Source: Phycisphaera sp. RhM (GTDB lineage: Bacteria > Planctomycetota > Planctomycetia > Pirellulales > Pirellulaceae). Taken from it: a stretch of 64,000 nt of DNA. The stretch is taken from the NCBI GenBank assembly GCA_033042175.1, contig WCIL01000038.1, positions 19,226 to 83,225 of the forward strand, in the 5' to 3' direction. The notes under the pieces were generated by a model that saw only the letters and a program-made list of their open reading frames with translations, searched no databases and was not told the DNA's origin. Of the stretch, positions 45,534 to 54,318 are shown piece by piece. The position numbers and the translations under genes were made by a program. Numbering within the stretch: the stretch's first letter is position 1; every line of letters begins with the position of its first letter.

Positions 45534-48500
45534 ATGGAGGAGGATTCGCCGTCGTGCCCACATTGTGATGCAAGCGCCGGGGCAGGGCAGAACGCCGGGG
45601 CAGGGCAGAACGCCGGGGCAGGGCAGGGGAGTTGTTCGCGATGCGGATTCCCGATGGCCACGTACCGGGCGCTGGACGTTGGGCCGCAACGGAATCGGTC
45701 GACTGCCACTCGGCCACCGATCGAATTTCAGAATGCGGGTGCGTTGATTCGGTTGGCCGATCATGACGGAGTGATCGTTGGCCGCGGCGATCGGGCGATG
45801 GACGGATTTGATGTCCAGGCGTTTCGCCACCGTGATCTGCAAGAGCGTCACGTGGCGTTCTTGTCCGGCGACTCCGACGCGATTTGGCTGATCGATTTGC
45901 GTTCCGACCGGGCGGCAGTGTTTGTCGATGGACGATCAACGCGTCTTTGCCGGTTGGTCGACGGCGCGGTGGTACAAATCGGTCCACTGGCGTGGAAGTT
46001 CAACCAGACCAAACGCATTTTGACGCCGGTCACGCCGATCGCCGGGTTTGATCTCGCCGTGGATGCGGAAGTCGAAGGCCGTTTGACTGCGACCAATCTG
46101 CACCTGGCGCGTGGCCAGATGACGGCGTTGGTCGGTCCGAGCGGTTGCGGCAAGTCGACGTTGTTGGAAACCATCCGCGACGGCAGCGGATTGGCCGACG
46201 ATGTTGACACGGGCGGACGCGTGTTTTTTGTGCCGCAGCGTGATTTGGTGCACCAGGATTTAAGGCTCGGCGATGCGTTGCAGGCGATCGCAGTTTCTAT
46301 CAACGCGACCTGCTGCCGTTTGAAATCGATGCGGCACTCGATTCGGTGGGGCTGCCGACGTCGGCCAAGGATAAGTTTCCGGCGGAACTCAGCGGCGGAC
46401 AGTTGCGACGGTTTCGAATCGCCGGCGCGCTGTTGTCCGGAGCCGGCGTGATCGTGCTGGACGAGCCCGACAGCGGACTGGATCACGAAACGGCCGGCGA
46501 GGTGATTGCGCTGTTGCACTCGTTGGCCGTCCGTGGGGCGACCATTGTCGCGGTGACCCACCACCGACATGTGCTGGAGTCGTTTGATCGCGTCATCACC
46601 ATGCGGCCGACGCCGGAGGGAGGTGCCGTCGAAGATCCGGGTGACGGGGCGACGCCCGCGGCGCAGCAGGCGGCATCGACGGACGACGACGATGATGTTC
46701 CTTCCACGCTGTACCGCGTCGCGAATCGGATGGCGATTCTGCTTCGCCGCGAACGGCAAAAACTGACTTCGCCCAAATTGTCGCGTCTCTCACTGGGACC
46801 GATTCGCATCCCGCACGTCGTGATCGGCATGGTGTTGGTTCCGGTCTTGTTTGCCGTGGCGGTCGCGATCAGCGTGCCGACGGATCCCGATCGGGACGTC
46901 GCCGATGGGTTGTACGGCGAAATGGCACCGATCAACCGATTGGGGTTTTTGGCGGTGGTGTCGGTGATTTGGATGTCGGCCAGCGGCAGCCATCTATCGA
47001 TCACCCGCGATCGAGAGCTTTATGACTACGAACGTTGCTACGGTTTGACTTGGGGGCAAGTGGTGGCGGCCAAGTCGGTGGTGCTTTCGCTTGCCGGGTT
47101 CTTGCAAACCTTGGTGTTTGCGGGATTGCTGTACGTCATCCGTGACCGCTGGCTGACGCGTTCGTTTTTTGTGGATGAGCGGGTGACGCAGCTGCCCGGG
47201 GTGGTCGTCTGTTTGTTGGGCGTGTCGGTCGCCGCGACGATGCTCGGATTGCTGATCTCGGCGGTGGCCGGGCGGGCGCCGTTGGTGGCTGCCGCGATCT
47301 TGCCGGTCGTGATGATGTTTCAGATCCTGTTCAGCGCGCCGTTTGCGATTTCGGATCCCGACGGCTACGAGCCGCTGGCCGACTATGATTACTTGACGGT
47401 GTTTCCGGTTGAATCGGACGTCGATGAAGAAGAGGAGGAGGATTGGGAAGACGAGTGGGAGGACGATTGGGTGGAAGAACAACGACCGCTGTGGGCCACG
47501 TCTCTTTTTTCGTATGCGACGCTGTCCCGTTACGGTGACCAGTGGTTGCGTTCGTTCGCGGTGACCACTGAGCCGCCGGAGCGAGCGCGGTCGGTGCAGT
47601 GGGCATCGGCCGCCGCGTTGGCGGTGATCTCCGGGCTGTGTTTTGTGGCGTCGTGGATCGTGCTGTGGATGCAGTCGACGCGGTTGGGAATTCGTCGCGT
47701 TCGTGTTGCGGCGACGCTGGTTGCCGCCCTGGTGCTGGCCGTCATCCCCGGCGCGGCGTGCTGCCAGCAGCCCACCGCGCAACCCGACCCGCCAGTGTCG
47801 ACCACGATTCGATTGCCGTTGGTCGACGGGCGTTATGACGAAACCAAGTTGCGCCGCGCCTTGGGTGGACGAGCCGGTGACGCTCCGCGGTGGAGAGAGC
47901 TTGGCAATCAAGATCGCATCGGGTTGGTCGCCTTGGAGCTGGTCGGCAAGATCGAGTTCACGCTCAACGACCGCGAGTTGGTGATCGAATTGAAGCAGAC
48001 GCCCAAGTGGGAACTGATGAAACAATTGGCGCCGCCGCGGCTGATCGGGCGCGAGGACGTCGGCGATTCCGACGACGTCGTGGTGTTTGTGCACGGATTG
48101 GAGGGCAGCGAGTCCACGTTTGACCGTGCGGCCGATGCGTTGGCCGAGCGTGAGGTCGTGTCGATGCGGTTTGAGTACCCCAACGACGGGCCTCCCGATG
48201 AGATCGGCAGTCGGCTTGCCGAGCAGTTGGTCGAATTCGGGCGGGACCATCCTGGCGTGCGCGTCCACTTGGTGGCCCATTCACTCGGCGGTCTGGTGTC
48301 GACGTGGGCGGTCACCGAGCCTGATTTTCCGGCGCGAATCGTCCCCAACGTGGTGACGCTGGGGACTCCGTTTCGCGGTTCGGCCTTGGCGGCGTTTCAT
48401 GACGAGCTGGAGCTGTTCGACGTGGCGTTTCGGCTGATCACCGGCACTCCGGGGGCGCTCAACACGATCGCCGACGGGCGCGGGGAGGCGGCCGAGGCGT

Positions 48501-48886
48501 TGGACCCGCAGAGCGAATTCCTGGTGCGCTTGCATCGTCGGGCCCGGCCGGCGGGGATTCGATTCCACTTGGCGGCGGGGACGAAGAGCTTTCTGACCGC
48601 GTCGCGGCGTGAGCGTTTGGCGGCACGCCTGCCCGGTGAACTGGCTCGGCTGGCGGTTTCTCCGGCCTATGCCGCCCGGGTCGAGGCGTTGATGAAGGCG
48701 GAGGAGCTGTTTGAGGGGTGGGGTGATGGTGCGGTGACGGTGGAAAGTGCGTTGGGGTTGCCGAATCCGGCGAGCAGGAAGACTTTTTCGCTGACTCACA
48801 CCGGTTTGGTGTCCGCGGCTGATCCACTAGAGTGGGTGTTGGCGGTCACCGGGTTGGCCGAACCGGAGAAACCGCTGGCAAAGTAG
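45534..48886 (+). pseudogene. frameshifted gene for a Zn-ribbon / FHA-like / ABC ATPase / ABC-2-type permease / alpha-beta hydrolase fusion protein
   Basis: The frame-0 ORF (45534-46451) carries 'CPHC...CSRC', FHA-like 'VIVGRGD...ERHVAFL...VVQIGP' and Walker A 'GPSGCGKST'. The ABC signature 'LSGGQLRR' and Walker B 'VIVLDEPDSGLD' continue in another frame (ORF 46346-48886; that frame is open back to about 46262). About 7 TM segments and the lipase/esterase motif 'VHLVAHSLGGLV' follow. Confidence 0.75.
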
Positions 48887-49020
48887 GGGCTTTCTCCATT
48901 TACAAAATGGCACTGCCCCTCGTACACTGCCGGGCTTTCCCGCGCCCGCTATCGGTGCGCCCGTTGGGTGCTTCGGAGGGTGCATGATGCTTTTTACACT
49001 CGTAATTTTCCTGTTTCAGC

Positions 49021-50496
49021 GTGTTTGATTCCCTTTCAGACGGATTGCAATCGGCATTTAAGAGCTTGCGCGGCAAAGGCAAGCTGTCCGAGGGCAATAT
49101 GCGCGAGGGGCTGGAGATCGTTCAGCGGTCTCTGTTGGAAGCGGATGTCAGTTATCCGGTCGTGCAGGAGTTCATGGGGCACGTGACCGAGCGGGCGCTC
49201 GGCAAAAAGGTGCTGCTGAGCCTGCGACCGGAACAAGAGCTGGTACGAATCGTCCACGACGAGCTGGTTTCGATTTTGGGGCCGGTCGACCCGTCGATCC
49301 ATCTGAAGAAAGATGGTGCGACGATCATCATGTTGTGCGGCCTGCAGGGGAGCGGAAAGACGACGACCTGCGGCAAGTTGGCGCAGTTGTTGATCGAGCA
49401 AAAGATCAAGCCGACGTTGGTGGCCGCTGACCTTCAGCGACCGGCGGCGATCGAGCAGTTGAAGGTGATCGGCGAGCAATTGGGCGTGCCGGTCTACAGC
49501 GAGCCGGACAACAAGAATCCCGTCCAAGTCTGCAAGAACGGCGTCGCCAAGGCCGAAGCGGACGGTTCGCGGGTCGTGATTCTGGACACCGCCGGGCGGT
49601 TGGCCATCGACGAGGAGTTGATGGCGGAACTGGCGCGGATCGATAAGAAGGTCGGCCCGGATCAGGTCTACCTGGTCGTCGACGGGATGACCGGCCAGGA
49701 TGCCGTCAACAGTGCCGACGCGTTCAATCAGTCGCTGGAGCTGGACGGGGTCGTGATGACCAAGTTGGACGGCGACGCCCGCGGCGGGGCGTTGTTGTCG
49801 GTCAAGCACGTCACCGGCGTCCCGATCAAATTCATCGGAACCGGCGAGCATTTTGACGCACTGGAGCCGTTTCGTCCCGAGGGGATGGCCGGCCGAATCC
49901 TGCAGATGGGCGACATCGTGGCCGCCGCCGCGGAAGCCCATCGGATCGTCGACGAGAAGGAACGCGAGGAGTTGGAAGCCAAAATGGCTTCTGGCGACTT
50001 CACGTTGGACGATTTTAAGAACATGATGGAGAAAGTCAGCAAGCCTGGCTTGATGGGCCGAATGATGGGCTTGATGCCCGGCATGGGCCAGTTCAAGGAC
50101 GCTTTGGAAAGCGAAGAGGCGGCCGGGGGCATTCGGCAGACGATCGGCGCGATCAATGCCATGACCGCGGAAGAACGCCGGAATCCCAAGATCATCGACG
50201 CCTCGCGTCGGACGCGGATTGCCAAGGGTGCCGGCGTGCAAACGCCGGTGATCAGCCAGTTGGTCAAGCAGTTCGACATCATGAAACCGTTGATGCAGGG
50301 CATGGCCGGCGGCTCGATGATGGATCGGGCCAAGATGATGCAGCAGCTGCAGGGGGCGATGGCCAGTGGCAATGGCAGCCTGGACGGTATGCGTGTCAAA
50401 AAAGGCACCGGCAAGCGATTGTCAAACGCCGAACGTGCCAAGTTGCGAAAGCAACGTGACAAGTTGAAGCGTCAAAAGCGACGAAACAAGAGATAG
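49021..50496 (+). CDS. ffh: signal recognition particle protein
   Basis: The GTG start gives 'MFDSLSDGLQSAFKSLRGKGKL'. 'GLQGSGKTTTCGKLA', 'DTAGR' and a Met-rich M domain 'GLMGRMMGLMPGMGQ' are present. Confidence 0.97.
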   Translation: MFDSLSDGLQSAFKSLRGKGKLSEGNMREGLEIVQRSLLEADVSYPVVQEFMGHVTERALGKKVLLSLRPEQELVRIVHDELVSILGPVDPSIHLKKDGATIIMLCGLQGSGKTTTCGKLAQLLIEQKIKPTLVAADLQRPAAIEQLKVIGEQLGVPVYSEPDNKNPVQVCKNGVAKAEADGSRVVILDTAGRLAIDEELMAELARIDKKVGPDQVYLVVDGMTGQDAVNSADAFNQSLELDGVVMTKLDGDARGGALLSVKHVTGVPIKFIGTGEHFDALEPFRPEGMAGRILQMGDIVAAAAEAHRIVDEKEREELEAKMASGDFTLDDFKNMMEKVSKPGLMGRMMGLMPGMGQFKDALESEEAAGGIRQTIGAINAMTAEERRNPKIIDASRRTRIAKGAGVQTPVISQLVKQFDIMKPLMQGMAGGSMMDRAKMMQQLQGAMASGNGSLDGMRVKKGTGKRLSNAERAKLRKQRDKLKRQKRRNKR

Positions 50497-50539
50497 CAGT
50501 TCACCAACACAATTTGTTTTTTCCTGGAGTGAGTTTGAA

Positions 50540-50971
50540 ATGTCAGTTCGAATCCGTCTGAAAAAGATGGGTCGCACCCACCGACCTTTCTTCCGAGTCT
50601 GCGCAATGGACCAACGGTCGCCGCGCGACGGTCGGGTGATCGAAGAGTTGGGATATTACGACCCGATGTGCCCCGAAACCGATGCCCGCGTTCAACTCAA
50701 GAGCGATCGCGTCGACCACTGGTTGAGCGTCGGCGCCCAGCCGAGTGAAAAGGTCGCCGTGCTGATCAAAAAGTACGGCACCGACGGCACGCACCTGGAA
50801 GCCCAAAAAGAAGCGCTCGCGCGACTCGGAAAGCGAAAGGAATACACCCCGGCACCCGCCGAAGCTCCCAAGCCGGTGGCCAAAGAAGAACCCGCCGCCG
50901 AAGAAGCTCCGGCCGAAGAAGCTGCCGCCGAAGGTGAGTCGGTTGCCGAAGCTGAAGCGACCGCTGAGTGA
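50540..50971 (+). CDS. rpsP: 30S ribosomal protein S16 with an Ala/Glu/Pro-rich C-terminal extension
   Basis: 'MSVRIRLKKMGRTHRPFFRVCAMDQRSPRDGRVIEELGYYDP'. The last roughly 50 aa are low complexity. Confidence 0.97.
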   Translation: MSVRIRLKKMGRTHRPFFRVCAMDQRSPRDGRVIEELGYYDPMCPETDARVQLKSDRVDHWLSVGAQPSEKVAVLIKKYGTDGTHLEAQKEALARLGKRKEYTPAPAEAPKPVAKEEPAAEEAPAEEAAAEGESVAEAEATAE

Positions 50972-51045
50972 TTTCGGATTGCTGATTCGTCCGCTTCTCA
51001 TCGGTCACCTGCTCAACGGCAATTTGGATCCCGGGAGAGACACGA

Positions 51046-51741
51046 GTGCGATTTGACATCGTCACGCTGTTCCCGGCGATCTTCGACGGCTACCTGACGC
51101 AAAGTCTGTTGGAAAAAGCGATCGCCAAAGGACTGGTCGAAATCCACCGACATGACCTGCGTGACTGGGCCGCCGACACGCCGCACCGAAAAGTGGATGA
51201 TCGGCCCTTCGGGGGAGGCCCGGGCATGCTGTTGCAGGTCGATGTCACGGTACCTTGTGTGGAAGACATAGAGCGGATGGCGGAAACGCCGTCGCGAAAG
51301 ATCATGCTGACGCCGCAAGGCGAGCGATTTGACCAACGCATGGCGGAGGACTTGGCACTCAGCGACCGAGTCCTATTGCTGTGCGGGCGTTACGAAGGGT
51401 TCGACCAACGAGTGGTCGACATATTGGAACCAGAGGAAGTCAGTGTCGGCGATTTCGTCTTAAACGGAGGCGAGGTCGCGGCGATGACGATCATCGACGG
51501 CGTCGTGCGGTTGCTGCCCGGCGTGTTGGGTGATCAAAACAGTCATGTGGATGATTCCTTCAGCCGCGGAAATCGGTTGTTGGAGTTTCCACAGTACACG
51601 CGACCGCGAGACTTTCGGGGGCACCAAGTGCCCGAAGTCTTACTCGGCGGAAACCACGAAGCGATCGCCGCGTGGCGGGCCGAGCAAAGTCGAATCAGAA
51701 CGAAACAACGTCGAGCGGATTTGCTCGATGAAGAAGAGTAG
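51046..51741 (+). CDS. trmD: tRNA (guanine37-N1)-methyltransferase
   Basis: The GTG start gives 'MRFDIVTLFPAIFDGYL'. 'DDRPFGGGPGMLL', 'LLCGRYEGFDQRV' and 'SVGDFVLNGGE' are present. Confidence 0.95.
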   Translation: MRFDIVTLFPAIFDGYLTQSLLEKAIAKGLVEIHRHDLRDWAADTPHRKVDDRPFGGGPGMLLQVDVTVPCVEDIERMAETPSRKIMLTPQGERFDQRMAEDLALSDRVLLLCGRYEGFDQRVVDILEPEEVSVGDFVLNGGEVAAMTIIDGVVRLLPGVLGDQNSHVDDSFSRGNRLLEFPQYTRPRDFRGHQVPEVLLGGNHEAIAAWRAEQSRIRTKQRRADLLDEEE

Positions 51742-51840
51742 ACAGCACCAGACAACCGGATTCGCCAGTTTCCGGGAACTTGAATTCCACGCCCGAAGTC
51801 TGGCGACTTCGGCGATCAGTCAGACGAAGAGAGTAGTACG

Positions 51841-52194
51841 ATGAGCCAAGCCATTCTGGACAAGGTCGAGCAGACCGCGATCAAAGAGAACCCGCCGCAG
51901 TTCGAAATCGGCGACACCGTTGACGTTCACTTGCGAATTCTGGAAGGCAACAAGGAGCGGATCCAGGTCTTCACCGGCGTTGTGATCGCGATCTCCGGTA
52001 GCGGATCCAAAGAGATGTTTACCGTCCGACGGATCGTCTCCGGTGAAGGTGTGGAGCGAAAGTTCCCGCTGCACAGCCCCCGCATCGAGAAGGTCGAAGT
52101 CAAGCGGAGCGGTGTCGTGCGTCGCGCGAAACTGTACTTCTTGCGTAACCGCGTCGGAAAAGCCGTGCGTCTGAAAGAACGCCGCCGATCGTAA
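51841..52194 (+). CDS. rplS: 50S ribosomal protein L19
   Basis: 'FEIGDTVDVHLRILEGNKERIQVFTGVVIA' and 'RRAKLYFLRNRVGKA' are present. Confidence 0.97.
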   Translation: MSQAILDKVEQTAIKENPPQFEIGDTVDVHLRILEGNKERIQVFTGVVIAISGSGSKEMFTVRRIVSGEGVERKFPLHSPRIEKVEVKRSGVVRRAKLYFLRNRVGKAVRLKERRRS

Positions 52195-52251
52195 GGCCGC
52201 TCGTCAACTTTCAAACTGACGGTGCCTGGCCCCAAAGGCCCGGGCATGCGT

Positions 52252-52327
52252 GTTGGTGTGCAGGCCTTGGCCGCCCACGGTCGCTGCATCGCAGCGACCG
52301 GGAATCGCCCGAAGGCTTAACACCAAC
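52252..52327. repeat. REP-like extended imperfect palindrome, of the same family as 11891-12012
   Basis: The sequence is 'gttggtgtgcaggccttggccgcccacggtcgctgcatcgcagcgaccgggaatcgcccgaaggcttaacaccaac'. The inner perfect 10-bp stem is 52278-52287 paired with 52291-52300. It lies 58 nt after the rplS stop. Confidence 0.85.
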
Positions 52328-52434
52328 GGTTCACGGCATGGCGGCTGCCGTAGGGCATGCTGTGCATGCCAGCGGGCCGTCAGGCACTGCCTGACCTGCG
52401 AAACGACGGATGCCTTTCTCGCTCGTGTTTGCCC

Positions 52435-52905
52435 ATGACACGTCCCACGTCCTCGCATTTCATCCGGCGACTTCAGCATCGTTATTCCCAGTGGCGTTAC
52501 GGGCGGGTCGATCCCGATGCCCCGATCGGCCGACAGGGCGAGCAGGTGGCGGCACGGTTGCTGCGCCAAAAGGGATTCGTGGTGGTCGCCGAAAGTGAGT
52601 CCGACCGCGGCGGCGAAATCGATTTGATTGCCGCCCACAAGAAATCCCGCACGGTGATCTTCGTGGAAGTCAAGACGCTGCAAACGACCCGCCCGGGGCA
52701 TCCGGCCGATCGGGTCGATGAAAACAAACAGGCCCGGATCACCCGGGCGGCGCTGCGATTTCTCAAACGTCGCAAACTGCTCGGCGCATCGTGCCGTTTC
52801 GATGTGATTGCCATCTGGTGGCCTAAGGGCGAACCGGTGCCGGCCAAGATCGAGCATTACGAACACGCGTTCGAAGCCGCCGGTGATTTTCAGATGTGGG
52901 CCTGA
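52435..52905 (+). CDS. YraN-family (UPF0102) endonuclease-like protein
   Basis: The ATG at 52435 opens the gene. 'GRQGEQVAARLLRQKGFVVV', 'GEIDLIA', 'VIFVEVKT' and 'RFDVIAI' are present. Confidence 0.85.
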   Translation: MTRPTSSHFIRRLQHRYSQWRYGRVDPDAPIGRQGEQVAARLLRQKGFVVVAESESDRGGEIDLIAAHKKSRTVIFVEVKTLQTTRPGHPADRVDENKQARITRAALRFLKRRKLLGASCRFDVIAIWWPKGEPVPAKIEHYEHAFEAAGDFQMWA

Positions 52906-53048
52906 GGCGAGTTCCGCGAAACGCATGCTCGCGGTGGCAAGATTCTCGATCACCACGCGAATCCCATCGCGAGCGCGCTCGTCCGGTTCGTCGATGAATT
53001 AGACTTGAAAGGGCGCTGGTCAGATTCTGCCTCCCACCCCGCAGTCGA

Positions 53049-54311
53049 ATGAAGATGCTTGTCAAAATGCTGGTCGTGATTGGCGTTTTGGTCGGCATTG
53101 GTACAGTCGGATACAAACCGGCGCGGACGTATTGGGAAGAACGTCATCGGGTGAAGTGGGAAACCGCCGCGATCGTCCGCGGCGATGTGACCCGCTATGT
53201 CAACTCCACCGGCTCGGTCCGGCCGGTCCAATCGGTCTTGGTCGGTTCGGTCGTCTCGGGGCCGATCGAGGAGTTGAACGTTGATTTCAACGACGAGGTC
53301 AAGAAGGGAGACGTGCTGGCGACGATCGATCCGCGGCTCTTCAAAGCCGACGTCGCCAGAGACGAAGCCACCTTGGCCACGCGAAAGGCGGAACTGGAAC
53401 GGATCGAAGCGGAACTGGTCCAGGCCAACAACAGCTACGAGCGCGGTCAGAAGTTGTACACCAAGAAAGTCGGCTTCCTCTCCGATAGCGAAATGGACGC
53501 GTTGGTGTTCGAAGTGAAGTCGTTGGAAGCGCAGTTGAAGGTCGCGCACGCGATGATTCAGCAGGCCGAGGCATCGTTAGAAAACTCGCAGGCGAACTTG
53601 AATTACTGTGAAATCACGGCTCCGGTCGACGGCGTGATCATCGACCGCAAGATCGATCCCGGCCAAACGCTTGCCGCTTCGTTTCAGACGCCGGAACTGT
53701 TCATTGTCGCCCCTGATTTACGTGACAAGGTTCACGTGTTCGCCTCCGTCGACGAAGCGGACATCGGGCTGGTCCAAAAGGCTCAGGCTGAATCGCGACC
53801 GGTGACCTTCACCGTCGACGCTCACCCCGATGAGTTGTTCAGTGGTGAAATCGAACAGATTCGCGTCAGCAGCGTCGCCAACCAGAACGTGGTCACCTAT
53901 CCCGTCGTCATCGTGACCAGCAATCCCGACTTAAAACTCTTGCCGGGAATGACAGCGAGCATCTCGTTCGAAGTCGATTCGATCAGCGACGTGCCGAAAT
54001 TGCCCAACGCGGCGCTCCGTTTCTTTCCCGAAGATGTCCAGTGGGTGCGCGAGTCCGATCGGCATCTGATCGATGGGTCGATGTGGAACACGAAACGAGA
54101 TCGCGATGACGAAGAGGGGCAACTGCCGGCCGCGGAGAAAGCGGAGAAGCGAAGGGTGCGGAACAAACGCCACGTCTGGGTCGTCGATGGAAAGTGGTTG
54201 CGTGCCGTGGAGATCGAAACCGGATTGAGCGAAAGCGGTTTCACCGAGCTGAAGTCGGCGGCGCTTTCGGTCGGCGATCGGTTGGTGACCGGCAAGGAAG
54301 TGAAAAAGTAA
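53049..54311 (+). CDS. HlyD/MacA-type periplasmic adaptor (membrane fusion protein)
   Basis: It has an N-terminal TM. 'GSVRPVQSVLVGSVVSGPIEELNVDFNDEVKKGDVLATIDP' is a lipoyl-like hairpin. A coiled-coil segment and 'APVDGVIIDRKIDPGQ' follow. Confidence 0.85.
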   Translation: MKMLVKMLVVIGVLVGIGTVGYKPARTYWEERHRVKWETAAIVRGDVTRYVNSTGSVRPVQSVLVGSVVSGPIEELNVDFNDEVKKGDVLATIDPRLFKADVARDEATLATRKAELERIEAELVQANNSYERGQKLYTKKVGFLSDSEMDALVFEVKSLEAQLKVAHAMIQQAEASLENSQANLNYCEITAPVDGVIIDRKIDPGQTLAASFQTPELFIVAPDLRDKVHVFASVDEADIGLVQKAQAESRPVTFTVDAHPDELFSGEIEQIRVSSVANQNVVTYPVVIVTSNPDLKLLPGMTASISFEVDSISDVPKLPNAALRFFPEDVQWVRESDRHLIDGSMWNTKRDRDDEEGQLPAAEKAEKRRVRNKRHVWVVDGKWLRAVEIETGLSESGFTELKSAALSVGDRLVTGKEVKK

Positions 54312-54318
54312 TTCGCCT

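Noticed and set aside
46283-46300. Programmed ribosomal frameshift as the explanation for the split ABC gene
   Set aside because: No slippery heptamer or stimulatory structure is evident at the junction. An indel or sequencing error is more parsimonious. The question is left open in the findings.
48887-49020. SRP (4.5S) RNA gene next to ffh
   Set aside because: I could not find the conserved SRP RNA domain IV tetraloop/symmetric-loop sequence in the spacer.
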